Shown piece after piece: positions 24,546-27,153 of a DNA stretch of 27,153 bases. Within the stretch, counting starts at the first letter, position 1. Each line of letters opens with the position of its first letter. The stretch is taken from IMG/VR virus record IMGVR_UViG_3300017912_003218, positions 1 through 27,153 of that record; one strand, 5' to 3'. The position numbers and the translations under genes were made by a program. The notes beneath the pieces are model-generated. The model was not told the origin of the DNA. It made no database searches and saw only the letters and a program-made list of their open reading frames with translations. Source of the stretch: a virus (Duplodnaviria; Caudoviricetes).

Positions 24546-25432
24546 CAGTTGGCACATGCAAAGCGACCATTGTTAAAGTTTGCGTGAGAGAATTGCTCTC
24601 GATTGACTAACTTGAACATACCATAATCATTGGTACGAACATAACCTTCACCACCACATTGACGGTTGCCAATGAAAGCTTTAGGACCGTTATTACGGCA
24701 AAGGAAAAGCATATCCTCCTTGATAGATTTGATGAGGAACCAGAAACTAATCAAACGAGAGTTGTTGAATGATTCAGGGTCAACTTCACGACCTTCACGA
24801 ATACAACGATTCAGATCAATTTTAATTTTTTCTGCTTCAAGTGGTTCTGCAAATGTTACCAACTGGGACATTTGACGGGCAAAACCAACAATCTCAGCAA
24901 AATCTTCATCAATCTGCCATGCACGGGGTTGCACGAACTTACAGGTCTCAGTATCATCGAAGACCTCCATATCTACCATGTCATTGATAACATAGGCATC
25001 TTTCATTTCATCATCGGTAGCATACAAAGTATGCGGTGCGATGATAATGTTCTGGTCGATTATTTCATCAAAGATGTAAGTAATCGTATTGGGGCAAAAA
25101 GTATCATCACCACCAAACCCGATAAAATCACCTTGAACAATCCCGTCGAAACTAGGAAGGCAATCAAAACAATGGTGTAGTATGTCAGCAACAACCCCAG
25201 AATGATTGCGATCAATGTCATCATGCGTTTCATTGATTTTAATCTTTACTTTGTTGAATACAGATTTAGTGCCGACAAAGAAATTGCCAGTTGCAGGATT
25301 CGTGCCCCAAACAATAGCAGGAGCACCATCAATTTTCACGGAAAGTTCACTCTCAGCGAGGAACCAATCAAGGACAGAAAGATCACCCGAAAGGATAGAA
25401 TCTTCGGGGTGTTGGAGGTGTGTGTTTTTCAT
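24545..25432 (-). CDS. Phage protein with ligase-like nucleotidyltransferase motifs, 295 aa
   Basis: HLQHPED, SVKIDGAPAIVWG (KxDG), VQGDFIGF, GEGYV, MFKLVN. Confidence 0.7.
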   Translation of the reverse strand: MKNTHLQHPEDSILSGDLSVLDWFLAESELSVKIDGAPAIVWGTNPATGNFFVGTKSVFNKVKIKINETHDDIDRNHSGVVADILHHCFDCLPSFDGIVQGDFIGFGGDDTFCPNTITYIFDEIIDQNIIIAPHTLYATDDEMKDAYVINDMVDMEVFDDTETCKFVQPRAWQIDEDFAEIVGFARQMSQLVTFAEPLEAEKIKIDLNRCIREGREVDPESFNNSRLISFWFLIKSIKEDMLFLCRNNGPKAFIGNRQCGGEGYVRTNDYGMFKLVNREQFSHANFNNGRFACAN

Positions 25433-25438
25433 GATTTA

Positions 25439-25498
25439 ATAATGGCACAGAATGGGGAAGAAATCAAGCGATAGTGTGCAGTTCGCTCACTGGTACAC
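25439..25498 (-). promoter_or_regulatory. Early promoter cassette: box plus TTGATT-N17-CATTAT, likely leaderless
   Basis: GTGTACCAGT-gagcg-AACTGCACAC (25474-25498); -10 ends 6 nt before the ATG. Confidence 0.65.
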
Positions 25499-25735
25499 AG
25501 GCAACCGCGCAACCGATTCCTTTTTTCTATACTTTTCGATAAAATTGCGGGCGCTAGATGTGTTTCTACATTTTTTTAATTGTTTCCCTTGGTGGATGAC
25601 CATCAGACCAGTCCCGCAAGGAACAGCAGCATAAAATGAATTTATATCATTCCAATCCCCAACAATGAACCCTAGTGGGCCACATTTAGGGTCAAGGATG
25701 TTGCTGTTAGTTGGTTGTTTACTATTCATCTCCAA
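25487..25735 (-). CDS. Hypothetical protein, ~82 aa
   Basis: YAAVP...MVIHQGKQLKKCRN...ARNFI; overlaps the upstream stop. Confidence 0.75.
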   Translation of the reverse strand: MEMNSKQPTNSNILDPKCGPLGFIVGDWNDINSFYAAVPCGTGLMVIHQGKQLKKCRNTSSARNFIEKYRKKESVARLPVYQ

Positions 25736-25961
25736 ATATATCCTCGTAAGTCAAACTCTCAATACGTTTTACTTGTTCGGAATATGGTTTAGGATTTGAT
25801 TTTGGATCATCAAAGTATCGATAAAATGCACTGCCTGGTGGTGGTAAGTTAGCAATCATTCTCTGCTTTACTTGCATCACTGCTTGTGCTTTTCTGTATC
25901 TTTCTCTTGCCTCATCAAATGGTTTTGAGTGGACAGATTGAAAGTTCATAAAATTGTTCAT
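25722..25961 (-). CDS. Hypothetical protein, 79 aa
   Basis: ATGA overlap with the helicase stop. Confidence 0.7.
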   Translation of the reverse strand: MNNFMNFQSVHSKPFDEARERYRKAQAVMQVKQRMIANLPPPGSAFYRYFDDPKSNPKPYSEQVKRIESLTYEDIFGDE

Positions 25962-27153
25962 CGACGGATCTCACTGATAGCGGGTTGACCTTGATTAAAG
26001 ACGACATCAACAACTGCCTGAACTTTGCGGGCAGTGCTGACACCAACTGAATCATAAGTTGGGATGCAAACTAAACCAAACGTCTTCTCAGATCCACCCA
26101 GACGAATCACACGACCGATGGACTGACTGATGCCAATATAGTCCATGTTCCGCATGAAGATGACTGCTTCCAGTCCACTGACGTTGATACCTTCAGACAG
26201 AATAGAGTGGTGAATGACAACAAACTTTTTCTCAGGATCTTTACCCCAAGCGTTCAGCGTGTCGAAGAATTGTTCACGATTGACCTTCTGTCCATCAATG
26301 ATAGCTCCTGTCTTGGATGTAATCGTCATCCAAGAATAACCACGCTGAGCAAGTTCAACGCAGAAATCAGACTGAGACAGAAGACCAACAATCTGCTTTG
26401 TGGTACGAGCACAGATCAAAGTTTTGTTGATGTTGTTGTCATCAATCGTTTCCAGAAGATTGTCAGCATCCTCAGCATACATCACCTTACGACCTTTCAC
26501 CAAAGGCAGTTGCTTCACTACAACTTTGGGAGGAAGAATGTAACCACCTTCAACCAACTCGGGAGCAGGAATGTTAGCAAGAACTTGACCATAAACATGA
26601 CCCCAATTCATGCCAGGCTTCTTCACTGTAAGAGAATGTTTCGGAGTTGCAGTGTAGAAGTAGGAACGCTCTGAGACCTCGCTAAAATGCTCTGTGGCGG
26701 GGAAGAAGTTACGTTTGACACTATTATGTGCCTCGTCAAAGTAAATCGTATTGACCTCAATATCTGCCTCCATGATACGATGCAGAGAATTGTAGGTGGT
26801 GAAGATGATAACATTCTCACCCACACTGCGAGCACAGTTAGCATAAAGGTGAATCTTTTCTGCTTTAGTTGTGCTAGTGTAGTGAGTTTCACCACTATGA
26901 ACGTGCATCACATGCAGATAAGGATCGCTGTTGTCAGGATCAATAACCTCCATAAATTCGCTGCACAGTTGTTCAGCAAGAAGAATACGGGGGGATACAA
27001 CAACTGTGGTGGTGCCATTGTTGATAACATCATGACGACGTTGAGTATCAACAATCATCGTCAAAGTTTTGCCACCACCAGTAGGCACAATGATTTGCCC
27101 TTTGTTGTATGCAAGCATACGATTAAGGATGCGATCTTGATGAGGGCGAAGAG
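25958..27153 (-). CDS. Superfamily 2 DEAH-box helicase (ResIII-like), 5'-truncated
   Basis: Frame open to the window edge (LRPHQ Q-motif upstream of the track ATG), PTGGGKT, FDEAH, TAT, LSEGINV, QSIGRVIR. Confidence 0.9.
   Translation of the reverse strand, partial: LRPHQDRILNRMLAYNKGQIIVPTGGGKTLTMIVDTQRRHDVINNGTTTVVVSPRILLAEQLCSEFMEVIDPDNSDPYLHVMHVHSGETHYTSTTKAEKIHLYANCARSVGENVIIFTTYNSLHRIMEADIEVNTIYFDEAHNSVKRNFFPATEHFSEVSERSYFYTATPKHSLTVKKPGMNWGHVYGQVLANIPAPELVEGGYILPPKVVVKQLPLVKGRKVMYAEDADNLLETIDDNNINKTLICARTTKQIVGLLSQSDFCVELAQRGYSWMTITSKTGAIIDGQKVNREQFFDTLNAWGKDPEKKFVVIHHSILSEGINVSGLEAVIFMRNMDYIGISQSIGRVIRLGGSEKTFGLVCIPTYDSVGVSTARKVQAVVDVVFNQGQPAISEIRR

Noticed and set aside
20592-25498. 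Repeated cassettes as a CRISPR array or integron attC sites
   Set aside because: Repeats are 0.8-2.1 kb apart, degenerate and contain -10 elements; no cas or integrase gene in the window
25958-27153. Type III restriction-modification system
   Set aside because: No PD-(D/E)xK nuclease domain and no Mod gene visible in the window

Overview
A 27 kb segment of a T4-like cyanophage (cyanomyovirus) genome; all credible genes lie on the minus strand. Bases 1-16.6 kb are the late baseplate module: gp25, gp6, a giant 4072-aa gp7, gp8, and the 5' end of a VrlC/DUF4815-like protein, with T4-type late promoters (ATAAATA). Bases 16.6-18.85 kb hold cyanophage-type hypotheticals, a SET-domain methyltransferase, an unannotated Lys/Arg-rich 43-aa peptide and a GT-A-like protein. 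Bases 18.85-19.72 kb are a mostly non-coding regulatory hub with consensus sigma70 promoters, an AACTG repeat array and a lone plus-strand promoter over a foldable ORF-less sequence (origin/ncRNA candidate). Bases 19.7-27.1 kb are an early-gene region of small ORFs in repeated promoter cassettes that share a fixed-position quasi-palindromic box. This region includes a canonical NtcA-type promoter, a terminator-boxed orphan HicA-like toxin, a ~200-nt structured element, a ligase-motif (KxDG) protein and an SF2 helicase truncated at the window edge. All calls come from reading motifs by eye; no database search was run.
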